64,000 bases of DNA. Source: Eledone cirrhosa. Taxonomy: Eukaryota. The stretch's first letter is position 1. Each line of letters begins with the position of its first letter. Below are positions 14,201-27,800 of this stretch, piece after piece. The notes beneath the pieces were generated by a model. The model ran no database searches. It saw only the letters and a list, made by a program, of their open reading frames with translations, and was not told the DNA's origin. The stretch is taken from positions 33,763 through 97,762 of the forward strand of contig CAXHJY010001732.1 of NCBI GenBank assembly GCA_964016885.1, read 5' to 3'. Both the position numbers and the translations under genes were made by a program.

Positions 14201-15822
14201 TAGATATGGAGGAATTATAAAAAGCTATATATAGGGAAAGTTTTCTTTCTTTAAACTACTGAATAAAAATCAATTACACATTATTTCAACAATATCGAGC
14301 AAGATATTACACTGTTCTCAGACATATGTTATGTAGTAGTAGTAGTGGTAGTAATAGTAGTAATTGTGGTGGTGTTAGTAGTAGTAGTGGTAGTAGTAGT
14401 AGTAATGGTGGTGGTGTTAGTAGTAATAGTGGTGGTGGTAATAGTAGTAATGGTGGTGGTAGTAGTAGTAATGGTGGTGGTGTTAGTGGTAGTGGTAGTA
14501 GTAATGGTGGTGGTGGTGGTAGTAATGGTGGTGGTGTTAGTAGTAGTAGTAATAGTGGTGGTGGTAATAGTAATAGTAGTAATGGTGGTGGTAGTAGTAG
14601 TAATGGTGGTGGTTGTAGCAGTAGTAGTAATGGTGGTGGTGGTGGTAGTAGTAGTAATGGTGGTGGTAGTAGTAGTAGTAATGGTGGTGGTGGTGGTGGG
14701 GGTAGTGGGAGGTTGATGGTAGTAGTAACGTAGCAGTAGTGGTAGTATTAGCAACATCAGTAGTAGTAGTACCAGTAGTAGTAGCAACAGTAGTAGTAGC
14801 AACAGTAGTAGTAGTAGCAGTAGAAATTACTTTTGTTATTGTTATGCAAGTTATATATATCATTTTTACCTAATTACATCTCTGTTATTAATTGTAGCTT
14901 TTAGACTTTATATGGTGGCGGTGGTGGTGTAGTGGTAGTGGTGGTGGTGGTGGTAGTGGTGGTGGTGGTTGTCATCATGGTGGCGGTGGTGGTGTAGTGG
15001 TAGTGGTAGTGGTGGTGGTGGTGGTAGTGGTGGTGGTGGTTGTCATCATGGTGGCGGTGGTGGTGTAGTGGTGTTGGTGGTAGTGGTGTTGGTGGTGGTG
15101 GTGGTGTTGTGGTGGTGGTGGTGTAGTGGTGGTGGTGGTGTGGTGGTGGTGGTGTGGTGGTGGTGTAGTGGTAGTGGTGGTGGTTGTGGTAGTGGTGGTG
15201 GTAGTGGTGGTGGTGGTTGTCATCATGGTGGCGGTGGTGGTGTTATTAATAGCGATGATGGTGGGGTTAGTAATATTAATAGTGGTGGTGGTGGTGGTGG
15301 TGGTGGTGGTGACTGTCACCATAGTAGTGGTGGCAGTGGTGTTGGTGGTAGTGATATTGATAGTGGTGGTGGTGGTGGTGGTGGTGGGGGTAGTGATATT
15401 GATAGTGGTGGTGGTGGTGAGGGTAGTGATATTGATGGTGGTGGGGGTGGTGGGGGTAGTGATATTGATAGTGGTGGTGGTGGTGGGGGTAGTGATATTG
15501 ATAGTGGTGGGGGGGGGGGGGGGGGTAGTGATATTGATAGTGGTGGTGGTGGTGGAGGTGGTGGCGGTAGTGATATTGATAGTGGTGTTGGTGGTGGGGG
15601 GTAGTGATATTAATAGTAGTGGTGGTGGTGGGGGTAGTGATATTAATAGTAGCGGTGGTGGTGGGGGTAGTGATATTAATAGTAGTGGTGGTGGTGGTGG
15701 TGGTGGTGTGCAACAGGTTGTGTTCAAGGTTGTAATTTCTTCTTCACTCATTATCTAATTGTTATCACTTAGTACAACACACATCATTCACTACTGATTC
15801 TTTCTCTCTCTTTCTTTCTCTG

Positions 15823-15856
<34 letters not shown>

Positions 15857-18800
15857 AAGACAAGATAAAGTGAGTAAAATAAAATAAAAATGTAGAGGAA
15901 ACAGAGAGGAGTAAGACTAATCATTGAGAAGGTCACAAATGTGTGACAAAAGACCTTTGACAATTAAATAACCATGTAGTTACCAAACTAACTAGGAGTG
16001 GATTAGTTACTTGCCTAATAATGGTTTCTACTTTTTGGCACAAAGCCAACAATTTGAAGGGGAGAGGAAAGTTGATTAATTCGACCCCAGTGCATCACTG
16101 GTATTTTATTTTATCGACCCCATAAGAATGAAAGGCAAAGCTAACCTTGTCAGAATTTGAATTCAAAACATAAAGGACTGTAACCAAAAATGGAGCATAT
16201 GAACAAGACAAGGTTTTCCTCTCTGTCAAACCATGACAACCCGCCCAACCCATGCTAACAGGGAAAGCAAATGTAAAATGGTTTTGATGGTGATGATAAT
16301 GATGGTGTTATCCTCATCATCATCATCACCAATATTATTTAACGTCTCTCAGCTAGCAAGGGTTGGATTGGATAGGCCTTCACAGACCAAGTCGGTACAC
16401 ATATAATTACTACTATGTCCTACTAATTAGAATTGCTTCATTACAAATATTCTAATTATGGCATCATCTTCCAAAATAAATGTGAAATACAAAAATGGAA
16501 TTGTTTTCTTTAAACATTAACATTAAATTTTGTTTACACTAACATAGACTTGGCTCACAGGTTCAAAATTCATCTTGGTCAATACATTGCTAACATAAAG
16601 TACTCATGTTTTTAACTCAATTACATGGGGGTACTGTTTTCTTTAGGGAAATTACTCACTGGTGCCATTTCAAAAAGCCTGCAGTCCACCCTGTAAGATG
16701 GTTGTATTTTACATAGTTGACTGAGAGCATTTATTGTGGCACCAACACTACTGAAGTGAAGTTAGTGATTATTATGAAAGAGGATGATAAACATGACAAA
16801 TACAGTAATTTTGGTTAGATACATAACTTTAATTTACCTCAGTTAAAAAGGAAAAAGAATATGATTACTTGGAATCAGAAAAATATAAAGTTTGATGGTA
16901 GCACTCACAAATGAATACAGTGTTCGAAAAGGCCTCTGTGTTGTGCTGGAGAATCTTTGGTTAACCCTTTAGCATTTACTCTATATTTACTATTGTATTT
17001 TTGTGGTAAAGGCTTTATCTTACATAATATCGAATCTATGAGATTTTGATATTGTTTATTTTGCGAACAATACCTTAACATCAGTATGAGTGGCCAGTTA
17101 TGGCCAGTTTGAACTGAAAGAGCTGAGAGAGTTATGGCCAGTTTAAATATTAAAGAGTTAATATTCTTTGCTCAATTAGAAGGTGCCAAGTTGTAGTCTG
17201 TCAGTATTATCAGCATAGGTAGTAGTAAGTACGCAGTGCAAGGGAGCTGTGTTGTCTGTATCAAGAGGTGGATGATTCTCTGTGAGTGGTTGAATTGCTG
17301 TGGGACCGTTATTGACAGCGCTGAAGTTTTTTTACCAAGTGCTACATCTCACTAGTTGCTTGAGCAGGTTGAAGTGATGCTTCTCTCCCAAGGAACCAGA
17401 GTCGAATGGCCTAAAGAAAAACTTATCTCGCTTCACCTCAAGCTAACCAACCACTCCATACTGCTGACAATAACTGAGATAAAGAGAAGTAACAGCCAGA
17501 TGTCATTCAGGGGTCAGCATGTGCGATGATATTTCACTACACTACCACTTTGCAGATTAGGCTGGGTGCTTTTATTGTGGCACCAGCACTACCACTTTAC
17601 AGAGTCGACTGGATGCTTTTATTGTGGTACCACCATTTTACAGAATAGGCTGGGCACATTTTAATTAAATGACGAGTGCAACCATTATTCAAAGAACTCA
17701 ATACTTTAATCTTTTTGGTATCAACCCAGCCATAACCAGCTCTGGTTCTGTGAAACCAAACCACCCATTTTAAAAGATTCCTATTTAAATTAAAATCTTC
17801 CAACATAATTTTATATAAGAACAATATGTTGTTACAATCTTAGTAATGAAATAATTAATAATTTTAGTAAATCCATCAAAATTCTTCATTAACAGTTTTG
17901 CTACCAAATCACTTGTAATTTTGATGAAAAAAATTGATAATTTTAGTAAATCCCTCAAAAAATTCTTATTTAATTAATTAATTAATTAATATAGAATATA
18001 TTTAATTAGAAATACATTCATGATAGGGTTCATTGCTGATATCGACTCAATTGATCTCCATGTGGGTTGGTCATTCATTGCCATTGCCAAATCCTCGATT
18101 TCAATACCAGAATCTCTGGAGATGACATTGGGATAGGAGAGCTTGCGCCCCAATTCGTTGTCACCATCATCATCATCATCATCACCATCATCATTTTTAC
18201 ATCCATTTTTCCACACTAGCATGGGTTGGACATATCGGTAGAGAGTCGGACGCCATGCTTTGAAGCATAATTACCTCCCTTTATGATCTGAGTTCAAATC
18301 CCGTCAAAGTTAACTTTGCCTTTCATCTTTACGGGGTCGATAAAATAAAGTACCAGTAATGTACTAATGTAATAATTGCTGGCCTTGTGCCAAAAGTAGA
18401 AACAATTATTATCATTATTCACGGTGGATTGGCAGTATCAGTAGAGTGTCTGAGTTCAAATCCCGTCAAAGTTAACTTTGCCTTTCATCCTTACGGGGTC
18501 GATAAAATAAAGTACCAGTAATGCACTGGAATAATTGCTGGCCTTGTGCCATAAGTAGAAACAATTATATATAAGCATTTATTATTATGTATTTTTTTTT
18601 TTTTTTTTTTTTTGTTTTTTGGTACTCTTTCAGAAAAATGATGAATTGGTGACTTGTTTGAAGATCCAACATGGAATCGACTACCAAGTGGCAGCTGGTA
18701 CTTCTATGGGAGGTCTATATATGTTTAATATTCCATCAGATTTGGTAGTTAACAGAAAGGTAAGAATTCTTCTCATGAAATTTTATTCATTTCTCTACTG

Positions 18801-21800
18801 AAAAGTTTCAATGTGGTGCAGTCATTTTCTTTTTTTTTTTTTTTTCCAATACAAAAAAAAAATCTTTTCTTTGTACATACACGCTGGACATTCATGTAAT
18901 AATGGAGTGGAAAATAAGAAAATATAAAAAAAGGGAGGGAAAGGCAAGGGCTCTGGTGTCATGAAAGAATGGTAGGAGGGTGGTGATTGGGCTCTGGCCT
19001 AGGGCGTGGTGCTGGAGTTGCACCCCATTCCTGCAGACAATGGCCAGCGACACCCACCGCAACAGCCACCTCAACTCGCAGGGCTCCTTCCTCTGATGGG
19101 CTGCTGACATTCCAATCTTGTGGAGGAGCTCAGCAGTGTGGGATCCAAGTACACCTGAGGTCTCAATGGCGACCGGTGCAAAGAGGAAGCAGCTGGACAA
19201 GCTCCTGGTACATAGTAGGCCGCAGTACTGGGGTTTGTGCCTGAAGCAGCTAAGTTGGGGGCAGAGAACATATGTAATTATATCCTAGACATAAATTATT
19301 AAAATATCATTTTTATGCATATATAAAAGGATGATCGACTTTCGTCAAATCGGACCAAGGGAACAATGTTTCCATTGGTCTTTCCAATTGCTAATACTAT
19401 CTATCAGTCGCAACTCCAGGTAGAAGGAGCAACGTGAAATAAAGTGTCTTGCTCAAGGACATAACACATTCCCCGGTCCTGGAATCAAACTCACAACCTC
19501 ACGATTGCGAATCCAATTCTCTAACCACTCAGCCACACGCCTTCACTGCATATATATATACATAAGTATAAAGAAGGTGCTCAAGCACAGAAATGCTATA
19601 AAGTTAGCTTACAAAGGGTGAAGACCCTTGAGCGATGGAAAAAGAAGTTGCCATCGGCTGGTATGAGGTATTGAACCCTATATCTTCCAGATTCCGGCTA
19701 GACACTTTACCCTTTAAGCTAGGGAGCCATAAAAAGTCCCTTACCATCATTTTATCTAGATAACTAGGCAACAGCTTTCAGATGTTGACAGGCGGAGAGA
19801 CTGGCAGTCAGACATCTGTGTCTAAACAAACAATGTACGAAGCTGAATTTTCGGCTTTTGAAGCGCTGAGGATTATATATCATCATCATCATCATCATCA
19901 ATGTTTAACGTCCGTGTTCCACGCTTGCATGGGTTTGGACGGGGGTATTCCCACTTGAGGCAAGAGTGATTGTCTTGCTCGCATAGGACTGTCTGGCAGG
20001 TTTTCTACAGTTGGATGCCCTTCCTAACACCAACCACATTTACAGTGTATATATATATAAGTATGTATACGTACATACATATATGTATACAGACATTATA
20101 TATGTATATGTATACAGACATTATATATATATATAAGTATGTATACGTACATACATATATGTATACAGACGTACAGAAGTATGTGTATATATATATATAT
20201 ACATACATGCACACATATATATATGTACGTATGGATTCACCGAACATTTATTATAATGCTCGGTGTGTTTGTAAACAAACATCCCGAATTAAGCCGTACA
20301 GTGTCTAGCAACCACCGTTGCTCGTTTGTTCAACACTGACAAAGGAACGCTGTACTAGTTTCAAGCTTATTAGCTATCGTCAGCAACGTATACCTTCCTG
20401 CCAGATTGTTGAACGTATATACTTACCTTATGCATATTAACAGCTGAGTAGCCCAATTTGCATATCGAATGGGTTAATCAGCCGGGTGCACCGAAAACGA
20501 TAAACGGAAAAAATGAAACAAAATTTCATTTCCCACTCTTAGTACGGCTGTTACTTAAATATAAGTATGTACACGTACATACATATATGTATACAGATGT
20601 ACAGTAGTATGTATATTTATATACATACATGCACACATATATATATGTACGTATGGATTCACCGAACATTTATTATAATGCTCGGTGTATTTGTAAACAA
20701 ACATCCTGAATTAAGCCATACAGTGTCTAGCAACCATAGTTGCTCGTTTGTTCAACCCTGACAAAAGAGTGATAATCACAGATATATACATATATGTGTT
20801 CAAATCGTAAGGGACCAGGTTCGCTAGGGTGAAAAAAATACTTACGATTTGAACACATATATGTATATATCTGTGTTTATCTCTCTTTTATATTCAATTA
20901 TAGTACAGGCCCCGAAAATTATTTTTAAGTAAACATGATTTTTTTAAAATATTTTTAAGTGAACCTGACCCAATGGGTCATGGGTGGTCTAGTACCATAT
21001 ATATGCATCCTGTTGCAGGCATCTGGTTGTAAAACATTGCCTCAAAAAGACCCATCCAACCCATGCCAACATGGAAAAGTCAACATAAAATTGATGATGA
21101 TAATGATGTATGGTTCTGTTACTCTCTATTCCAGCTTCCTCAGCGTTTCTCTGTCCAAGATGTCCACAGTACACCACTAACATGTCTGGAATGGAGTCCA
21201 AATGGTATGAAACTATTCAGTGGTGACAAGAAAGGTGTAGTAATTTGTACCGAAGTAGATTTCCAGAAGGTAAGACGCATCAATTCAAAATCTTCACCTA
21301 ATATTTCAACGGTTTTTCTATCCTTAAATCCGGTTATGATGATGATGATTACCATCATCATCATCATAACCGTTTTACATCTGTTCTTCCACGCTAGCAT
21401 GGGTTAGACGGGTTGTCCTGTTGTGGGCAGTGTCCGGTTGGCTGACCTTGTCTTGCTCATACGGGAACTGAGTCTGGCTTGATTTCTACAGCTGGATGCC
21501 CTTCCTAACACCAACCTCATTTACAGTGAGAGCTGGGTGCTTTTTTGCCATGGCGCCTACACATCCACTTTACAGTGTGGGCTGGGTGCTTTTTTTTCCA
21601 TGGCGCCTACACGTCCACTTTTCAGTGGAATGATAGGGACCCCAGTCCTATCATCTCATTTCTACAGCTGAGTAAACTGGAGCAATGTGAAATAAAGTGT
21701 CTTGCTCAAGGAATCAACACATCACCCAGTCCGAGAATTGAACTCACAATCTTTCCATTGCAAGTCCAATGCTCTAACCACTGAGCCATGTGCCTTCATT

Positions 21801-24800
21801 TATTATAATAATAATAATTGTTTCTAATTTAGGCACAAGGCCAGAAATTTGAAGGGGAAGGGAAAGTCGATTAAATTGACCCCAGTGTTCATCATCCACA
21901 TACTTCACATGTCCCATGTCCATACCAGTACAGTCTTCTCTCATTGCCCCATAACATTTGATTTCTCTAATACATGAACTAACAGAACCATATCTTCATA
22001 TTACAGGGTCGGTGCCAGTCTTCTGTGCTGCTAACAGAGTTCTTGTCTGAGATTGTACAGCTCAGCTATTTCCAAAGAGCACTCCTAGTTTCCACAAGTA
22101 TGCGTGCCATCATTTGCAGAACTGACACAGACAATGAAATCATCCAAGTTGGACAAAAGAAACGAAAAATGTAAGTTCTTTTATTTGCAGTATTATTCAC
22201 AACCCAGAAAATAATGCAGTAAACCTTTGGTCAGTAAAGGGGTTAGTATTGAAAATATACTATAAATATGATGAAATTCAAGTGACAATTTCTACAGGAA
22301 ACTGCCCCTCGTTCTAAGATATATAACTATAAGGGTCTGTCATCAGATGACATTTGTAACCTGTAAAACATATATCTGTATATATGTCCCACAACAACTA
22401 CATTATTTTATATATATATATATTGTGTTGAAAAATGACGTAGACATTACAATATAAAAGATGGCGTAGACATTGCAATACATTGGGAGGAAACATAATA
22501 GCACCACTGATGATGTCGCAGATGTGCAACAAAAGAACTTTGATAGACTATATATATATATATATTTATATCTATATTTTTAACCGTTGGTCAATCAATG
22601 ATAAACATTGATTGCCAGATAAATTAACTATGGAGATATAAAAGATACAGAAGCGAAAACCAACCCAAACCAAACAGTGAGTGTATCCTGTTATTCTGGC
22701 AATATTATAACAATATGACCCTCCCCAAGTATAACAATATATATATATATATATATATATGAAAAGATTCAGGACCCTGATGGCTGAGTTCCGGCCGTTT
22801 CGACAGCTAGATCTGAACTCTTGAAACGGCCGGAGCTCACCTGTCAGGGTCCTGAATCTTTTCATATTACCCACTCTACTACCCCATGTATCGAGTACTC
22901 TGGTGGGTTATGGTCCACCTGGTATTTTACCACACCCTATCTGATATATATAGATATATATATATATATATATATATCATCATCATCATCATCATCTATA
23001 TATATATCCAGGAGGCAGCAGAGGCCCAGGAAGACCAAAAAGGACTTAGATGGAGGATGTCCATCAGGATGAAGCTAGGCTTGGCCTGACCCAAGTGAGA
23101 CCAATGAACAGAAACACATGGAGCAGGACGCTAAGGAGTGCTGTCAGGCAGGACCCACCCTTCGTAGGGATTAATTGTGTCCTGCATAATCAAAAACTGG
23201 ATGATGATATATATATATATGTGTGTTAGGTAATTCCGAAGGAAAAGCAAAGGGAAAAAAGAGTGCTCTATGTATAGAACAGAGCTATTTAATTAGAAAG
23301 TGAACAACACAAAATATAACTACTCCATTACCAAAGGATAACATCTCTGTCTGACGACCGATCCAGACGTCTATATTATTATTATCGTCTGTGATCCAGA
23401 AACCTTTGGTAATGGAGTAGTTCAATTTTGTGTTCACTTTCTAATTAAATGTATATATATATATATATATACAATATATTAATAAATGGAAACTATATTT
23501 ATAAAACCATATTTATTTTATTATACATATTTCAAGGGCCACCAAGGCAAATTATGGTGCGCTTTCATCAGATAAAATACAATACAGATTAGTTTTATAA
23601 ATAAATATTGATATACCCTGAAAAAAGACTATCCAGGAAGCTCCAACCGGTAAGGTTGTCTTTTTTCAGGGTATATCAATATTTATTTATAAAACTAATC
23701 TGTATTGTATTTTATCTGATGAAAGCACACCATAATTTGCCTTGGTGGCCCTTGAAATATGTATAATAAAATAAATATGGTTTTATAAATATAGTTTCCA
23801 TTTGTTAATATATTGTATATTTACACCAATAATTTGTTGAGTGCTTTATATCAGTTATAAAAATATTTTTAAGCTTGTTGTATCCCAACAAATTAAATAT
23901 AACTTCTGCATATATATATATATATATATATAAGACTGCCTGTATTATCAGATCTGATCTGGGGTGGGATCTGATGTCTGTATTATTAGTCAACACTATC
24001 GAGACTGCCTTATCTGATCTGATCTAGCATCGGATCTGATCCGATACAATAGTAAATCATCATCATCATCATCACTGTTTTACGTCTATTCTTCCACACT
24101 AGCATGGGTTAGGCGGGTTGTCCTGTTGTGGGCAGTGTCCAGTCGGCTGACCTTGTCTTGCTCATACGGGAACTGATTCTGGCTTGATTTCTACAGCTGG
24201 ATGCCCTTCCTAACACCAACCTCATTTACAGTGAGTGCTGGGGGCTTTTTTGCTGTGGCACCTCCATGACCACTTTACAGTGGGAGGGGGTGAGGGCATA
24301 TTGTCTATATGCTTCAGCTTCAGCCCATGTGAAGAGTGATATAAATGCTAAAGCAGAGGTTCTCAAACTTTTGGGGCTACTGCCCCTCCTCACGGCCACG
24401 TAAAACCCTCAGCAACCCCAACCCTATTCCCAGAGAAACCTGCCTACATGCAAATTGTAAATAACATATAATAAATAAGAGTGTTAATTTATATATAATA
24501 AATAATATAATATATACAACGTATAAATAAATGTTATATCTTTTTTATTTCACTATATTTATATATGTCTCATTTGATATTTTATATTCTATTATATCAT
24601 CTCTACCGCCACCCACCAACCCCTTAGGCCCTAGCAATCCCTGGGACCTTCTCAATGCTCCACGGGGTTGGGGCAGTGATGCCCACTTTGAGAACATCTG
24701 TGCTAAAGGGTTAATGAAAAGTAAAATATAACATTTGTAATTCTCTGGTAAATCTTCTTCTGCAGACCTGGTAACTACGGTGCTTGCTTCATCCCGATGC

Positions 24801-27800
24801 TGTGTAAATTGACCGACGCCCAGCTCTATGCTGGACGACCTGGTCAACGTGTTTGGATGTCCAACATAGACGGAGTAGTTCAAGCGACTCACATCTTCAA
24901 ACACCTTACCACAGACTGTCGGGAGATCCCTCTGCTTCATTACGAACACTCTCCACCCACTAACCACCTAGCTGTTACTGACCAACAGTTTGGTCAGCTT
25001 TGCCCTTACGGCGACAGTCGGCAGATTGTTACCTGGAACAAGAGGGCCCTCTTTCTTCTCGACCCCGAAAAGAATGTGGTAATCGGTAAACAACACCAGT
25101 TTGGCCATATCATTGATGTAGCCATTAATTCTAAAGAAATATTTGTCCTAACAAGAGCTCAGAGCAGGTCCATCATTCGGATTTCTCCGCAACCAGAATG
25201 TCAAAGATACAAAGGTTTGTAATTGTTTGTTGTGGTTATAATAATAATAATGAAATTTTTGTGTACAGTGCTCAGGTGCACTACAACTCCTCAAAGGTGC
25301 ATGTATAGTACATAGAATAATGTACAAATGTCAGGGAAGTGAATAGTGTATGAGTCATGATATACATGTGTGCGTGTGTATGGAGGGGGAATATCAGGTG
25401 TAGTGATGGCGAATCTCGGGAAGCATGGAGGTTTTAAAGGATGCAGTGTCTCGAAAGCTAACACCTGATGCAGGTAGTTTGTTCCATGGAGGTTTTAAAG
25501 GATGCAGTGTCTCGACAGCTAATAACTGATGCAGGTAGTTTGTTCCATGGAGGTTTTAAAGGATGCAGTGTCTCGACAGCTAACAACTGATGCAGGTAGT
25601 TTGTTCCATGGAGGTTTTAAAGGATGCAGTGTCTCCACAGCTATCAACTGATGCAGGTAGTTTGTTCCATGGAGGTTTTAAAGGATGCAGTGTCTCCACA
25701 GCTAACAACTGATGCAGGTAGTTTGTTCCATGGAGGTTTTAAAGGATGCAGTGTCTCCACAGCTAACAACTGATGAAGGTAGTTTGTTCCATGCTTTAGC
25801 AACTCTGAGCGTGAAAAAATGTTTCCGAAAATCTCAGCTGTGCTGTTCTTACACACATATACATACACACACGCATGCAATCTTACTACATGATCATACA
25901 TATACATACTGTACACCAACACACCACATGTAAATACACCAGAACATTAACCATACACACACCCACTTTCTACATCACATCACATACACTACCCACACAC
26001 ATACACACATACACACTATCACAACTATAGTGTTTTTTTACATTGTTTACACATGAGGGTTGGCTGAAAATTTCATAGTCTGACCAAGATACTCTCATGG
26101 AATGACCAAATGAGGTTTATTTTTCAACATTGTCCTTTGAAAGAAATAATGTAGTTATTAATAAGAAGAGTTGAAATTAATGCATGCAAGATTTCACAGC
26201 TCTAGCATCACTCCTGCATAAGCTGACCAAGATACTCTCATGGAATGACCAAATGAGGTTTATTTTTCAACATAGTCCCTAGAAAGAAATAATGTAGTTA
26301 TTAATAAGAGGAGTTGAAATTAATGCATGGAACATTTCACAGCTCTAGCATCACTCCTTCATAGTCAGCCTATGAAATGTTCAGCCCACTTTCATATGGT
26401 ATCTGTACCATATGGTATGTACATGTGTTATTACTGTAAAATTACAGTTGTTATGTTTCGATATGTTCACATTGTCTTTCTTATATCCCCAGTTGGACTT
26501 ACTGTCAACATCCCTGCAGCCAATTCATCTAAAAATGAAGATGAGTATCGCAACAGATCCAATTCTCCGATCCATTTCCTTCCAGCCAATATTTTCGGAA
26601 TCATTCGACCAAAGGAATCTAAGTATTCACCATCAGCTTATTCCAGGAAGTCTTCTGAGCCAAAAAGTTCCGAATTTCAGCTTCCAACAGAAGCTCGTGG
26701 TCGAACACGTTCTCTGTCATCACAGGATGACTTAAACCGTTCCAGTGACAATAACAGCGAACATAGAAACCCAGTAGACTTTGCAAAAGCTATGCTTCAG
26801 TCAAACGAAAAAAAATCCAAAGCTGATACTAGCAACGATCTCCCTGCCGCCACTGGCACATCTTCCACCGGAAGTAAATCTCCCCGAAGTGTGTTGCCAC
26901 CATTAATAACACTCCCTTCTGATGATATCATCCGACTCGAACTGTTTTCCCAAGTTACTGACAATGAACCCGGTGGTTTTGCTTCGCCTCACACGGGAGG
27001 TGAGGAAATCTGTACAGGTGTTGCAGCTACAGAACTAATTAGTGATGAAGCAATGTCTGAAGACAAAGAAAGGTCTTCAGTAGCTTCTGCTGAGCCGGTG
27101 TCACACACACAGCAGAAGAACTCCAAAATGTTGGTGAGACGCAGCTTCGTAGACAGAATCGATATGTCCAACTATGACAACAATGAGATTGTTTTCAAAA
27201 GTAAGACAAAGAAGAAGAAACAGAGTTCTGGTATGTATTTTAGCAGCATGGTGTATAAATGTTATTGAGACACGAGTAACATAATAATGACGTCAACAGC
27301 AGAAATTAGAGATGAAATGTATATTTATTTTTGTTGTAGCACAAATAATGTTGGTTAACTTGTATGGTTGAAGTTACACATAAAATGAGGTTACAAAAGG
27401 GAATGTGCCATTGCGCCGGACAGCCGGCAGGCCAAGGTGCAAAATCTCACCGTCACATGTACGTGTTGCTGGTGCGAGAGGAAGATTCTTCAAATCTTTG
27501 CGGGGAATTTCTCCCCCAGGGCGCGTATGGATACATCCTCTTCTACTGGCGTTGATTGGCTGAGCTGAGCCAAATCACGCACAGAGAATGTATGTGAGCC
27601 CGCGGAATGTAGGTCACTACAGTATCATAGTTTAGAGTTTTTGTCTTTTAGTGTCTCGTCTAACCCATGCTAGCGTGGAAGATAGACGTTAAACGATGAT
27701 GATGATGATGTCTCAAATGTGTGGTGGCCATGCTGTATAGATGAACGACACATCGGCAGTGTTGTCAGAGCTTTCATCATCATCATTTAACGTCCACTTT

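Larger units (their letters stand above)
23467..23910 (+). mobile_element. Penelope-like element remnant: inverted pseudo-LTR with ~160-bp arms plus 3' tail, between (TA)n tracts
   Basis: Arms 23467-23629 and 23658-23820 are near-perfect reverse complements, each carrying a hammerhead. A second family member is at 46.8 kb. Confidence 0.7.

Noticed and set aside
14326-15758. Gly/Ser-rich ORFs as an extra exon or structural protein
   Set aside because: This is a GGT/AGT microsatellite open in many frames, and the flanking exons already join in phase without it.
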